From contig OY970340.1 of the NCBI GenBank assembly GCA_963717465.1, positions 1 to 64,000 of the forward strand: a stretch of 64,000 nucleotides of DNA. Direction: 5' to 3'. Under the pieces are notes generated by a model. That model searched no databases, had not been told where the DNA came from, and saw only the letters and a list, made by a program, of their open reading frames with translations. Of the stretch, positions 31,079 to 43,156 are shown piece after piece. Source of the stretch: Candidatus Bathyarchaeota archaeon (GTDB taxonomy: Archaea; Thermoproteota; Bathyarchaeia; Bathyarchaeales; Bathycorpusculaceae). A program made the translations under genes and the position numbers. Each line of letters opens with the position of its first letter. The first letter of the stretch is position 1.

Positions 31079-31720
31079 ATGGAAGGATATGGATTACAAT
31101 CATCACCTGCAGAGGCTCAACAAGGATTAGCTTGGGTGCCAGGTGCGACAACTGTAGGAATGATTTTTTCTGAAGGAGTTATTCTTGCATCTGAAAAACG
31201 TGTTACCTACGGCGGCTTTGTCATGAGCAGGAGCAGCAAAAAAGTCTTCAAAGTAACTGATTCAATCGGCGTTGCATGCGCGGGGCTTGTTGGTGACATG
31301 CAAATTTTAGCAAAAGAAGTAGAAGCACAATCTAAACTTTTCAGCATGGATGTTGGCAGGAACATTTCCGTGCGTGCTGCATCAAAATTAATGGCGAATA
31401 TACTTTTTAATAGGCGTTATGCCCCGTTAATCACGCAAACAATCGTTGGTGGAATGGATGAGGAGGGTATATCGCTTTACATTCTTGATGTTTTGGGTTC
31501 GTTGATACCTGACAAATATGCAGTTGTTGGTTCAGGGACTGAAATAGCTATAGGTGTTCTTGAAGAGGGATACAAAGAAAATCTAAAACTTAAAGAATCT
31601 AAAGACCTCGTTACAAGATCCATAAAGTCAGCAATTAATAGGGATGCCTTAAGCGGCGATGGTATAGACTTTCTTATAATAACTAAGGACGGCATAACTG
31701 AGGAATCGATAAAGTTTTAA
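31079..31720 (+). CDS. psmB: Proteasome beta subunit (Thr1 position occupied by Ala)
   Basis: GATTVG, AGLVGD, GSGTEIAIGVLE, RDALSG. Confidence 0.95.
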   Translation: MEGYGLQSSPAEAQQGLAWVPGATTVGMIFSEGVILASEKRVTYGGFVMSRSSKKVFKVTDSIGVACAGLVGDMQILAKEVEAQSKLFSMDVGRNISVRAASKLMANILFNRRYAPLITQTIVGGMDEEGISLYILDVLGSLIPDKYAVVGSGTEIAIGVLEEGYKENLKLKESKDLVTRSIKSAINRDALSGDGIDFLIITKDGITEESIKF

Positions 31721-31804
31721 TCCGCCTCTTTGTTACCTTTTTTGAAGCCATAGGCATGAAAAAAGACTTATTGAGCGCCTACTGTTATTCAGTGGGAAGA
31801 AACA

Positions 31805-32429
31805 GTGTCTTTTGAATTAAGTTTGGAAGAAGGAAAATTTTTAGTACAGCTTGCGCGCAATACCGTTAAAACTTATCTTAGAGAAGCATGAAGTTATTCA
31901 GGTGCCTAAGGAGACTCCTAAGAAGCTTTTTGAGAAATGCGGTGTTTTCGTGACTATAAGCCTTTTAAGGGGTGGAGAGAAACATCTTCGAGGCTGCATT
32001 GGCTACCCTTATCCGACTAGTCCGCTTGTTGAAGCAGTGATTGATTCGGCTATAAACGCGTCAACTGAGGATCCAAGGTTCAATCCGTTAACGATAAATG
32101 AGCTTGGCAAAGTGGTTTTTGAAGTAAGTGTTCTTACGCCTCCAGAAAAAATCGAAGTTAAAAACCCTCAGGAATACGTAAACAAGATAAAAGTTGGGGA
32201 AGACGGCTTAATCGTTGAAAAAGGCTTCTACAAGGGATTGCTTCTACCGCAGGTACCTGTTGAATGGGGATGGGGTGAAGAAGAGTTTTTGTGCCAATGC
32301 TGCCTTAAAGCAGGAGTTCCAGTTGATACTTGGTTGACCAAAGAAGCTAAGATCTACAAGTTTAAAGGAATTGTTTTTGAAGAAGAATCTCCATTGGGCG
32401 AAATTAAGCGCATGAAGCTTGCTAAATAA
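31805..32429 (+). CDS. AMMECR1/AmmeMemoRadiSam A family protein (frameshift near 31875)
   Basis: GVFVT, LRGCIG, DPRF, GLLLPQV, CLKAG; N-terminus VSFELSLEEGKFLVQLAR in another frame from GTG 31805. Confidence 0.9.
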
Positions 32430-32432
32430 TTC

Positions 32433-33569
32433 TTAGTTTAGGTTTTCAATGATTTGCACTGCTCTATCTAAGCCTTTTCTTTCACTCGAAAATTTGTTTA
32501 GTAAGCTCATATTCTTTTTAAAGTAATCTTGCTCGTTTTCGATTCTTTTTATAGCTTGAGCTAATTCTTTCTTGTTCTTAACAGTGATTGAGCAACCTAA
32601 GTCTTCAAGCTTCCGAGCGTTAGCCAATTGCTCAGGTTGTGTTGGAATGCATATGCTTGGTTTTGCATACTTTATAGTTTCAAAACATGCGTTATGTCCA
32701 CCGCTGAAAATTACGAACTTAGCGTTTTTCATACAGTTTTGGCGTTCAATTGAAGATAACCAAGTGTGGATTTCAGTGTTCCCAATTTCCACTTTGGTTT
32801 TTTTTCCAGGCAAACCCAAGCTTATTACGCTTTTCGTTTTTAATTCTTGAATAACTGGAAAGACGATTTTTTGAAGCCTTGATCTCGTTCCGAGAGGTCC
32901 GCTTATTGGAACAAAAATGTGCTCACTTGAACCTTCCACGAGATTTGTGTCAAGAAAATTTCCGACAAACTCGGTTTTTTCTCCTAAACCTATTTTGTCT
33001 AAGTCGCCAATGTTATATTCTGAAATTGTGTAAGGGGGCGGGTTATCTGGAATGATTATTTTTGAACTTCGTTTTACATAACGCTCTACTAATCGTTCAC
33101 CAGGACTCAACAGAGCAGAAAAACCGCAGCTTGGTCTAATCATGTTAGCAATATAAACTGAAGGAATTTTCCATCTAAGAGCCAAACGAAGAGCGTTAAT
33201 ATCCCCGTCGGAAACGAGTACGTCTGGCGCAATATCCTTGAGATTTTCTCTTAAGTCATAGTAATGGTGGATTGTCTCCATAGCACTTGAACTTTTCATT
33301 TCAACTCTGCCTGTTTCAACATTAAAAAATGGCAAAGGAAATAGTATATTAATCATTGATAATGAGGTGATTATGCCTTGACTATTTTCATACCATGCTA
33401 CCGGAGTGCAGTGATAGACGTTTTTGAATTCTTTTTGCAGCAATTCAAAAGCTTTGCCTCCGGAGAAAAAAAACATTTCATGATTCTTTTTCCCAAGTTC
33501 TTTCCCCAATGCCAAAATACGGGAAACATGACCAAGGCCAAGCTCTGTACAACTAATCAACAGGCGCAC
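32433..33569 (-). CDS. Glycosyltransferase family 28-like (MJ1255 type)
   Basis: GLGHVSR, SGGHN, PEQLANA. Confidence 0.82.
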   Translation of the reverse strand: MRLLISCTELGLGHVSRILALGKELGKKNHEMFFFSGGKAFELLQKEFKNVYHCTPVAWYENSQGIITSLSMINILFPLPFFNVETGRVEMKSSSAMETIHHYYDLRENLKDIAPDVLVSDGDINALRLALRWKIPSVYIANMIRPSCGFSALLSPGERLVERYVKRSSKIIIPDNPPPYTISEYNIGDLDKIGLGEKTEFVGNFLDTNLVEGSSEHIFVPISGPLGTRSRLQKIVFPVIQELKTKSVISLGLPGKKTKVEIGNTEIHTWLSSIERQNCMKNAKFVIFSGGHNACFETIKYAKPSICIPTQPEQLANARKLEDLGCSITVKNKKELAQAIKRIENEQDYFKKNMSLLNKFSSERKGLDRAVQIIENLN

Positions 33570-33657
33570 TTAATCACCAGTCACGAATTCTCCAATCATT
33601 TACTTTAAGATTGTAAAAAAGCAAGTGATTTAAACCTTTAACACTAAAATAAAGGAT

Positions 33658-34510
33658 ATGTTTATTCCACGAAGAATAATCGAAGAAAAACTCCATCAAC
33701 TTCTTGCTGAAGACGTCGGCCAGGGTGACGTTTCTGCTGCAATCGTTCCTCCTGGATTAAAGGTGAACGCGGTTATTATTGCTAAAGATGATGGTGTGTT
33801 AGCTGGAATTCAAGAAACAGCCATTTTTGCTGAATATTTAGGATTGAATGTAAAGACTCTGGTTGCAGATGGAGAAAAAATAGGGAATAGCACGGTTTTG
33901 ATGAAAATTTCTGGAGATGCCCAGACTATATTGTCTGCTGAAAGGACGATGTTGAACATGCTTTCTCGCATGAGTGGCATTGCGACAGCAACAAGAAGGT
34001 TAACGGAGAAAATTCGACAAAAGAATTCTAAAGCGAGAATTGCTGCTACTCGTAAGACTTGTCCGGGTTTTCGTTTTTTTGATAAAAAAGCAGTCATGAT
34101 TGGCGGCGGCGACCCTCATAGACTTCATTTGGATGACATGATACTGATAAAAGATAATCATATTGCAATTGTTGGAAGTGTTGAGGAAGCAGTTGAAAAA
34201 GCTAAGCGTGTCGCTTCTTTTAGCAAAAAAATTGAGGTTGAAGTTACTAAATCAGCGGATGCTTTAAAGGCGGCAGCATCGTGGCGCTGATGTAGTCATG
34301 CTGGATAATTTTTCTCCCAAGCAGATTGATCAGACAGTGGAATTGTTGAAGAAAAATGGTTTTTCTGGCAAGGTTTTGTTGGAGGCAAGTGGCGGAATTT
34401 CAGAGAAAAACATTCTTGAATACGCAGAAACGCAAGTGGATATTTTAAGTTTAGGAGAACTCACACATAGCGTTAAAGCGCTCGATATCAGTTTAGAAAT
34501 AACCAAATAA
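33658..34510 (+). CDS. nadC: Quinolinate phosphoribosyltransferase (frameshift near 34280)
   Basis: TRKT, HRLHLDD, IKDNH, IEVEV, MLDN, EASGGI, ALDISL across two frames. Confidence 0.93.
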
Positions 34511-34536
34511 AATAATCGCTAACCATCATTTATTTG

Positions 34537-35088
34537 TTAATAGCCATTTATTATTAACCACGATTCAAGCAGAGCACTTAAAATAAGTATAATGCCACAG
34601 ACTCCTATTAGTATTACAGCATTCTTAAGTTCGCCATACTTTTGCTGAAGTATCCTACGCAAAAGCCATATGCCCTCTGCCAAAGCAATTGCATATGCAG
34701 AAAATTCTATCCATGTAACGGGTGAAGCGAGTAAGTTGATTATTTCCAGTATTACCGGGTAGCCTCTTACAGTGGCAATAGCGCCAAGTGCAATGCCAGT
34801 GTTTAAGATTGTTGCTAAACCCATTATTAGTCCAGCTAAAGGAACAAACATAACAAGACAAATGCGAAAATTATTCAGGAAAATTGATGCTGTTGCAAGA
34901 CCTAAATTCGTTCCGTAACTGCTAACTGTTTGATTCAAATCATTGTAAATAGAGTTAGCGTACTCACGATTTACAGGTATATAGCTACCGATTATAGTGA
35001 ACAAGAGAACAATTACGAACATAAAAAGTGTCAAGTAGATTCTTTTCTGCATGGATGAAGCGTTTTTCCAAAATAAGGGAAAATCCAT
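34537..35088 (-). CDS. SpoIIM/DUF95 family membrane protein
   Basis: IFLNNFRI, NTG, WIEFSAY, SALLES. Confidence 0.78.
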   Translation of the reverse strand: MDFPLFWKNASSMQKRIYLTLFMFVIVLLFTIIGSYIPVNREYANSIYNDLNQTVSSYGTNLGLATASIFLNNFRICLVMFVPLAGLIMGLATILNTGIALGAIATVRGYPVILEIINLLASPVTWIEFSAYAIALAEGIWLLRRILQQKYGELKNAVILIGVCGIILILSALLESWLIINGY

Positions 35089-35211
35089 TTTCTAAAGTGA
35101 CCTTCGTTTAGTTTAACGGTTCCATTTAAGGCATAAAATGCTGATATATAAGGATTTTAGCTTTTTTTAGTTAAATTAGCTTTCAACTAATTATCATGAA
35201 GAATCTTAGAT

Positions 35212-35828
35212 TTAACCTGATCGCTTCAAGCCTAAAGCTAAAACGTACATTTCTGAGCTTTTAGCTCGGCTTGCTTTTGGTTTAACGATTCTTACATCTT
35301 CAAAATGCATTTTTAATGTTTGCAAATAATCGTTAAGCATGTCGCCTTCGAATACTTTTACAAAAAAGTCTCCGCCCCAATCAAGAACGCATAAGGCAAT
35401 GTCTAAGGCTTTAGTTGCTAAATCAATTTGTCTGGCATGATCAACTTCCCAGATGCCTGAAATATTTGGTGCAGCATCCGAAATTACTACGTCAGCTTTA
35501 TGCGGCAGAAAAGAGAGGATTTGCTGGGCTGTTTCAGGTTCAGTTATGTCAGCTATGATTGTTCTAATGTATTCTTGAGTGAAAGGTTCAATTGGTTGCA
35601 GGTCTACGCCTAAAACAAAGCCGTGTTTTCCCAGTCATTTTTCTTGCTGCTTGAATCCATCCTCCTGGAGCAGCGCCTAAATCAACTACAACATCTTTTA
35701 GTCTGAATGAACTGGTATTTTTCGTTTGCTTGGACAAGCTTGTACGTGGCTCTGGAACGGTAGTTTTCTGCTTTGGCTTTTTTGTAGTAGTATTCACGTT
35801 TTCTATCTTGAATCCAGGCTTTCGGCAT
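35212..35828 (-). CDS. rlmE: 23S rRNA U2552 2'-O-methyltransferase (two frameshifts, near 35700 and 35620)
   Basis: [44 protein letters not shown] in successive frames. Confidence 0.92.
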
Positions 35829-35875
35829 CAGAGTCATCCTCTTGCATGGTTGGAGCCTGAATCGCAGACGGTGCG

Positions 35876-36232
35876 TCAAGCCTGTTTGTCTAGGTTTAAT
35901 ATCCAGTCTGTGAGTCTTGGGCAAGTTTTAGGGGAAATTGCGGTTGTTGGGTCACATCTTGCGTTGTCGGGGCAGAGCAAGCATGGACAATCAACGATTG
36001 TTTCTATAGAAGCAGGAAGCCTTTTAGGGTAAAGCCTGTAGGTCCATCTGCCTTCTTGAAGTTCTTTTTCACGGCGGATTAACCCTTTTTCTTCCAGTTT
36101 GATTGATATGCGTGATCCTTCTCGGCTGCTTGCGCCAAGTTCACGCCATAAATCTGATTGAAGCACACCTTGATAGCCTGTATTTACAACGAAATGGAGT
36201 GCTTTCTGTTCAAGGTCATTACGTTTAGGCAT
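35876..36232 (-). CDS. tfeB: Transcription factor E beta subunit (RPC34-like winged helix + Fe-S)
   Basis: [21 protein letters not shown] winged helix; C-terminal CPCLLCP..C...P..C..L..W. Confidence 0.82.
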   Translation of the reverse strand: MPKRNDLEQKALHFVVNTGYQGVLQSDLWRELGASSREGSRISIKLEEKGLIRREKELQEGRWTYRLYPKRLPASIETIVDCPCLLCPDNARCDPTTAISPKTCPRLTDWILNLDKQA

Positions 36233-36317
36233 TTAGTACCAATCCAAATAATGCAATTAAATATAAGCGTTGATTCGAGATAAAAATATGTATCCCTCTG
36301 TATAGACGATAATTAAC

Positions 36318-37340
<1,023 letters not shown>

Positions 37341-37353
<13 letters not shown>

Positions 37354-38000
37354 CTGAACCATTGCTGCTGAAGAAGGGCGCGGAAGCCAGCCTCTTTGTT
37401 TTGGATTGGCATGGACGAAAAGCGATCATAAAGATGCGCCTGCCGAAAAGGTACAGGCCAGAGGCTTTGGATGCGCGGATACGAAGTTACAGAACTATAC
37501 ATGAACCACAGTTGATGCATGAAGCAAAAACTGCTGGAGTGCCAACGCCACTGATTTTTATGGTTAACGTTGCGGAATCCGCGATTACAATGGAGTTTGT
37601 AGAGGGCAAGCAGGTTAAGCATGTGCTAAACAGGGTTTCAAAAGCGAAAAGACGAAAAATATGCAGAGAAATTGGAGAATTAATCGGCAAACTCCATAAG
37701 CACGGGTTGATTCATGGCGACTTAACAACCTCCAACATGATTCTCACCGCTGAAGGCAAGATTTTCTTTGTAGATTTTGGTTTAGGTGAAAAAAACAGTG
37801 AGTTGGAAGCCCAAGGCGTGGATTTGCATTTGATGAAGCGGGCGTTGCAGAGTACGCATTTTATGTTTTGGGAAGAATGCTTTGAGCAGGTGCTTTATGG
37901 TTACTCAAAGGTTGTCGGTGAAGTTTTGGCGGAAAAGGTTTATGAGAAAATTAGGGAGATAGAAAGGCGAGGACGCTACATTGAAGAACGAAAGCTCTAA
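37341..38000 (+). CDS. bud32: KEOPS kinase/ATPase Bud32
   Basis: GAEA, HGDLTTSN, DFGL, RRGRY. Confidence 0.95.
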
Positions 38001-38601
38001 AGGCAATTTTAAGCTAAGGGGTAGAGTGGTTTTTTTTGCGACTGGTAACGTTAACAAGTTTAATGAAGCCTGCAGTGTGCTTGGTTCGCGTGGTTTGGCT
38101 TTAGGTATGCTTCGTGTTAAAGATGTTGAAATTCAAAGTGACAGCCTAAAAGAAATTGCTTCGGCGAGTGTTGTTGAAGCGTTTAAGCGGTGTAATTTGC
38201 CAGTTTTCGTGGAGGATGCAGGATTGTTCATAGAAGCGCTTAATGGTTTTCCTGGACCATACGCGGCGTACGTGTATAAGACGATTAATAATGATGGCAT
38301 CTTAAAACTGCTAAATAATATGGAGAATAGGCGTGCCAAGTTCCAGTCGGCAATAGCTTACCTTGATGAAACACTCAGTGAACCATTATGTTTTAGGGTG
38401 AATCCAAGTGGCAAAATAACGTTAACTCAACGAAGGCAACAGGGAAAGCCAGGGTTTGGTTTTGACCCGATTTTTCAGCCAGATGGCAGCGAGAAATCTT
38501 TTGCGGAGATGACGATTGAGGAAAAAAATGGGTTCTCCCATAGAGCCGATGCACTGCACAAAGTTTGCTCAATACTACAAGAGTTTGAAGCTTTAGCCTA
38601 A
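37981..38601 (+). CDS. rdgB: XTP/dITP diphosphatase (Ham1 family)
   Basis: ATGNVNK, EDAGL, GFPGPY, GFGFDPIF, SHR; probable small indels near 38395 and 38560. Confidence 0.93.
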   Translation: MKNESSKGNFKLRGRVVFFATGNVNKFNEACSVLGSRGLALGMLRVKDVEIQSDSLKEIASASVVEAFKRCNLPVFVEDAGLFIEALNGFPGPYAAYVYKTINNDGILKLLNNMENRRAKFQSAIAYLDETLSEPLCFRVNPSGKITLTQRRQQGKPGFGFDPIFQPDGSEKSFAEMTIEEKNGFSHRADALHKVCSILQEFEALA

Positions 38602-38618
38602 GGGATGCCTTGTTGGGT

Positions 38619-39251
38619 ATGCAAGTGGAAGTGTGGTTTGATATTGCGTGCCCATATTGTTATGCAGGTGAACGTCATTTTGAAATGGCCTTAGAACAAT
38701 TTGAGCATAAAGATGAAGTGAATGTGGTTTTTCGGTGCTATCAGATTGATCCCGATGTTGAAAAAACGGTAAATCATAACATGCATGCCCATGTTGCAGA
38801 AAAATATGGAATATCTTATAAACTTGCTAAAGAGTGGAATGATCAATTAGCAGAAATCGCCTTGGAAGTAGGCTTGCGTTACGATTTTGAAAAAATGATT
38901 GTAACAAACTCTTACGATGCCTTGCGACTCTGCTATTTTGCGAAAGAGCATGGAAAAATGAAAGAAATGATTAACCGACTCCTGAAAGCCTACTTCAATG
39001 ATAACCTAAATATTAGTAACTTTGAAACGCTTGCTACACTTGCAGCCGAAATCGGGCTGGATTACAAAAAAGCTCTTTTAGCGTTATCCAATGGCTTGTA
39101 CGCCGAAAATATAATCGAGGATAAAGAAGATGGCGACAGATTAGACATTGAAAGTGTGCCATGCTTCATCTTCAATGGCAAAAACAGAATCTCTGGAGAC
39201 AACTCAAGCGAAGTATTCTTAGAAATGTTAGAAAATGCTTGGAAAAAATAG
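38619..39251 (+). CDS. DsbA/FrnE family thiol oxidoreductase
   Basis: WFDIACPYCY, SVPCF cis-Pro motif. Confidence 0.9.
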   Translation: MQVEVWFDIACPYCYAGERHFEMALEQFEHKDEVNVVFRCYQIDPDVEKTVNHNMHAHVAEKYGISYKLAKEWNDQLAEIALEVGLRYDFEKMIVTNSYDALRLCYFAKEHGKMKEMINRLLKAYFNDNLNISNFETLATLAAEIGLDYKKALLALSNGLYAENIIEDKEDGDRLDIESVPCFIFNGKNRISGDNSSEVFLEMLENAWKK

Positions 39252-39360
39252 ATTAATTCGCTTATTTTTTCTGATACTCTGAGAAGTGGATGTTGCACTT
39301 AAAGGGATTACTTTTAAATATTCGTGTTCCGTGGAAGTAATGCGAAAGTTAGGTGTAACG

Positions 39361-39801
39361 ATGCCCAAACAGGAAAAAGGAAAATCCCATTCAATAAGGC
39401 CTGTAAGCAGGCGGCCTCCAAGCTGGTGCAAGTATCAGCCTGAAGAAGTAGAAGCATTTGTCATAAAGTTAGCTAAGGAAGGTCATAATACCAGTAGTAT
39501 AGGCACGATTCTTAGGGATCAATATGCGATTCCATTAGTCAAGCACATAGTGGGAAAGAGTATTAGTGACATTCTTGAAGATGCAAACTTAGCTCCAACA
39601 ATGCCTGAGGATCTTACAAATTTGATGAAGAAAGCCCAAGGTCTTGCAGTTCACATGGAGAAGAACAAGAAGGATTTGCATAACAAGCGCAACATGCAGA
39701 TAATCGAGGCAAGGATTCACAAGCTTTCACGATATTACAAGCGTGAGGGCATTTTATCGAAGAACTGGAAGTACGAAGCAAAAATCGCTTCAGTAAGCTA
39801 A
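39361..39801 (+). CDS. rps15: 30S ribosomal protein S15 (S13e)
   Basis: GKSHSIRP, IGTILRDQY, PEDL, IEARIHKLSRYYK; ATG 39361. Confidence 0.96.
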   Translation: MPKQEKGKSHSIRPVSRRPPSWCKYQPEEVEAFVIKLAKEGHNTSSIGTILRDQYAIPLVKHIVGKSISDILEDANLAPTMPEDLTNLMKKAQGLAVHMEKNKKDLHNKRNMQIIEARIHKLSRYYKREGILSKNWKYEAKIASVS

Positions 39802-39906
39802 AATAATCCTTTTCTTTAATTGTAACATTCTTTTTTAAGTCGCCAACTTTAGATCAGATTAATCATTCTATTTAAAAATCTTGAAAGGCTGAAGTACTTA
39901 GGCAAG

Positions 39907-41484
39907 TTAAATTTTGAGTTTTATCAAGAGTTTTTCTATTAAAGTCAGGACTATGTCGGCTAGTTTGCCTACGGGTCCTAAGCTGCTGGTCATTTCACGC
40001 AGATTACTCATGTCGAATCTAGCGACACTTCTTGTCAAAATTATCATTGCCACGTACGAAAACAAAAAGATCACTATGCCTATTATTAGCTGAATTACAG
40101 GGTGAAGAGGCAAATAAACCACAAAATAGGAGAGGAAAGCGGCTACGGCAGAGGAAAGAGTGATCTTTCCAGACGCAGCCCAATTGACTGTTGCATTGTA
40201 ACGTTTTTTTAAGAAAATTAAGCCGATAATAGTGCTTGGCACTCCGTCAAATATTAAGGTGATAAGCATGCCCAGAACACCATATCGCGAAATCGTCAAA
40301 AGTCCTAGCGGCACACCCATAGCGACTCCTACTAGGGCAAGCTCTATCTTTATTTTGACCTCGTCTTGACTGTTAATTAAACTGTTCATGCTGAACATGC
40401 CGAATGCTACAAATGCATAGTTAATGGCGAGAATCGATAGGTCAAATGGCGCTTGAGCATAACTATGACCAAAAATCGTTGATATCCCTGGTCCTGAAAG
40501 CGCCATCACGATTGCGATCACGGGCATAACAAATAAAGTCGAATATCTCACCGAAGACTGGAAAACACTCGCAAGCATCGTTCCATCTTTGCTGCCACCA
40601 AGTTTAGAAAACGCTGGGAACAACATAGTGCTAATCGGCGTGGCAACAAACCCTATTATAACAAGAAAATTTTGGGCTAAATTGTAGTTACCGATAATTG
40701 CATTGTTAGCAACGTAAATCGCAAGCAGAAAAAGATAAAACTGGCCAAGAAAACCGCTGATAATATCACCAAGAGATAAAGGCAACCCAAACCGTAATAG
40801 CACCCGAATGTTCTTTGCAAGATTTAATTTGTTTGAACCTAGACTTGGTAAGTTTTTGTAGATTGTCCACATAAGAAAGAGCCCAATTAAAGCACTGACT
40901 AAATAGGCTAATGTATACCCTGTGGTAGCGCCAAACAAGCCTAAGCCGATGATAGCAAGTGTGGGAGCAACCACAGCTCTAATTGTAGATTGACTTACAA
41001 CCATTATACTATTAAGATGCATTTTCTCGACCCCAGTAAAAGCGGCAGTTGCAGTGTTAGCAAGTGCTTGACCTAAAATGCTAAAGGAAACCACTTGAAT
41101 TAAGGGCTCAATATAGGGGCGATGAAAAATGTTTGCGGCTAAATATGGTGATAGCGCAAAACAGATAAGTGAAAGCGCCAGTCCCAGTAACGTTTTGACT
41201 ATTAGCCCAGATAGAAAGATGCTTCTTATTTCAGCTGCTCTGTTTTCAGTTTTGAGCCGTGCCGTATAACGAGTAATCGCATACGATACTCCTAAATCTT
41301 GAAGTAAACCGATAAGAGTAGGCGCGGCTAAAGCTACAGCGTACAAGCCATAATTGCCTTCACCAAGAACCGAAGCAAGGATAATTGCGCCGACTGCAGA
41401 AATCACTGTGGAAGCAAAAAGTCCCCACATAACATGGAAACTGCCCTTCACAAAAGTTTTACTAATATCCGTATCTTTACTCAT
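39907..41484 (-). CDS. Oligosaccharide flippase (MOP/Wzx family)
   Basis: About 14 TM helices, LGEGNYGLY, IGNYNLA, LFPAFS. Confidence 0.85.
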   Translation of the reverse strand: MSKDTDISKTFVKGSFHVMWGLFASTVISAVGAIILASVLGEGNYGLYAVALAAPTLIGLLQDLGVSYAITRYTARLKTENRAAEIRSIFLSGLIVKTLLGLALSLICFALSPYLAANIFHRPYIEPLIQVVSFSILGQALANTATAAFTGVEKMHLNSIMVVSQSTIRAVVAPTLAIIGLGLFGATTGYTLAYLVSALIGLFLMWTIYKNLPSLGSNKLNLAKNIRVLLRFGLPLSLGDIISGFLGQFYLFLLAIYVANNAIIGNYNLAQNFLVIIGFVATPISTMLFPAFSKLGGSKDGTMLASVFQSSVRYSTLFVMPVIAIVMALSGPGISTIFGHSYAQAPFDLSILAINYAFVAFGMFSMNSLINSQDEVKIKIELALVGVAMGVPLGLLTISRYGVLGMLITLIFDGVPSTIIGLIFLKKRYNATVNWAASGKITLSSAVAAFLSYFVVYLPLHPVIQLIIGIVIFLFSYVAMIILTRSVARFDMSNLREMTSSLGPVGKLADIVLTLIEKLLIKLKI

Positions 41485-41689
41485 TAACCAGCCTGCTAAA
41501 GCAATTTTGTCAAAAAAAACAATGGAAACCCGCCACTTAATACTTTTGGTTCAACAAACTAAACCATCTAAAACAAGTTCCAAAACGGAGCAAGGATTAG
41601 TCGACTGTCATTTCAAGATATTACACATTCAATCTAAAAACTCTTTAATAATTAGATTAAACCCTATTTTGGCAAACAGTGACCAATGA

Positions 41690-43156
41690 ATGGCTACAAC
41701 CCAAACGCCGGCGGAAGAATTCTTAGCATCAGCTCAAACAGCAGCAAGAACAATATGCAAGATCGTTGAGGAAGATGGTTTCATCGATGTTTTTTCGCAC
41801 TTAGACGCCGACGGGATTGCAGCTGCAGGAATAATTGGAAAAGCCCTCTACAGGATGGACGCAAAATTCCGGATACGAATTACTCAATGGGTTGACGAGA
41901 AAATCATCGGTGACATAATAGCGGATAAACCGCAACTTGTAATTCTAACGGATTTTGGAAGCGGTTACCTTGACCTGTTAAACGAGAAAGTCCCAGATTT
42001 CCGCATAGTAATTCTTGATCACCATCAAATAGCTGGCACGCTGGACAGCGAAAACATTGTGCAGGTTAACCCGCACGTTTACGGAATCGATGGAGCAACC
42101 GACATTAGCGGTTCAGGAGTAGCATATCTCACTGCAAGGGCATTAGATCCTAAGAATGTTGATTTGGCGCCCATAGCCTTAGTTGGCGCGCTTGGTGACA
42201 TGCAGGATAGGACTGAGCAGCGGGAACTGCGGGGTTTAAACCAGATAATTGTTAAAGACGCGGTTGAGTCAGGTTTAGTTAAAGTTGAGAAGGATTTAAC
42301 TTTTTTTGGGAGAGAAACAAGACCAATCCACAAAACACTCGCCACGACGACGAACCCGTTCATTCCAGGCTTAAGCGGAGAGGAAGACAAAAGCTTGGCT
42401 TTTCTTGCGAGTTTAAACATTAAGATTAGAAACGGAGAAAAATGGCGGGCGCTGCGTGACCTCTCGGAGGAGGAGAAGAAGCGGTTATGCACTGGATTGG
42501 CGGAGCACTTGTTGTCAAAAGGGTTGCATTTGGAAGTTGCAAACCTAATCGGCAACATTTACGTTTTAACCCGTGAGGAACCTTGGACGGCTCTGCGGGA
42601 TGCAAGGGAATTCGCCGTAGTTTTAAACTCGGCTGGACGCATGGACCGCCCAAGCCTAGGCATAGCCATTTGCATGGGTGATCGTGGAGCAGCACTTGAA
42701 GAAGCCAACATGATACTTGAGGATTACCGAAAAAACATAAACAAGTACCTTAGCTGGGTAATGGAAAAACCAGAACGAATGAGAGAACACGACAACATCT
42801 ACGTGATCTATGGAGAAAACTTCATAAACGAAAAAATCGTCGGCACCGTCTCATCCATAATAGTCTCAAGCTTACCAAACCCGCAAAAACCGCTAATTGC
42901 CTTCGCAAACGTCGAGAAAGAAGCAGCCGCAAAATTCTCAGCAAGAACAACCGATGCAGCGGTCAGCATGGGAGTTAATTTGGGAGTGGTTATGCGGTAT
43001 GGATCTGAAAAGCACGGTGGAAAAGGAGGAGGACACAACATAGCCGCCGGAGCACAGGTGCCGCTGGATAAGATTGATGATTTCGTTAAAACCGTAAATG
43101 AACTGGTTGGCAAGCAATTAAAAGGTGAAACGATTGGAAGCAACAATAACGCTTGA
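41690..43156 (+). CDS. gan: DHH/RecJ-like GINS-associated nuclease (archaeal Cdc45)
   Basis: HLDADG, TDFGS, DHH, GDMQD, GGGHNIAAGA; lies between rps15 and pcc1. Confidence 0.88.
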   Translation: MATTQTPAEEFLASAQTAARTICKIVEEDGFIDVFSHLDADGIAAAGIIGKALYRMDAKFRIRITQWVDEKIIGDIIADKPQLVILTDFGSGYLDLLNEKVPDFRIVILDHHQIAGTLDSENIVQVNPHVYGIDGATDISGSGVAYLTARALDPKNVDLAPIALVGALGDMQDRTEQRELRGLNQIIVKDAVESGLVKVEKDLTFFGRETRPIHKTLATTTNPFIPGLSGEEDKSLAFLASLNIKIRNGEKWRALRDLSEEEKKRLCTGLAEHLLSKGLHLEVANLIGNIYVLTREEPWTALRDAREFAVVLNSAGRMDRPSLGIAICMGDRGAALEEANMILEDYRKNINKYLSWVMEKPERMREHDNIYVIYGENFINEKIVGTVSSIIVSSLPNPQKPLIAFANVEKEAAAKFSARTTDAAVSMGVNLGVVMRYGSEKHGGKGGGHNIAAGAQVPLDKIDDFVKTVNELVGKQLKGETIGSNNNA

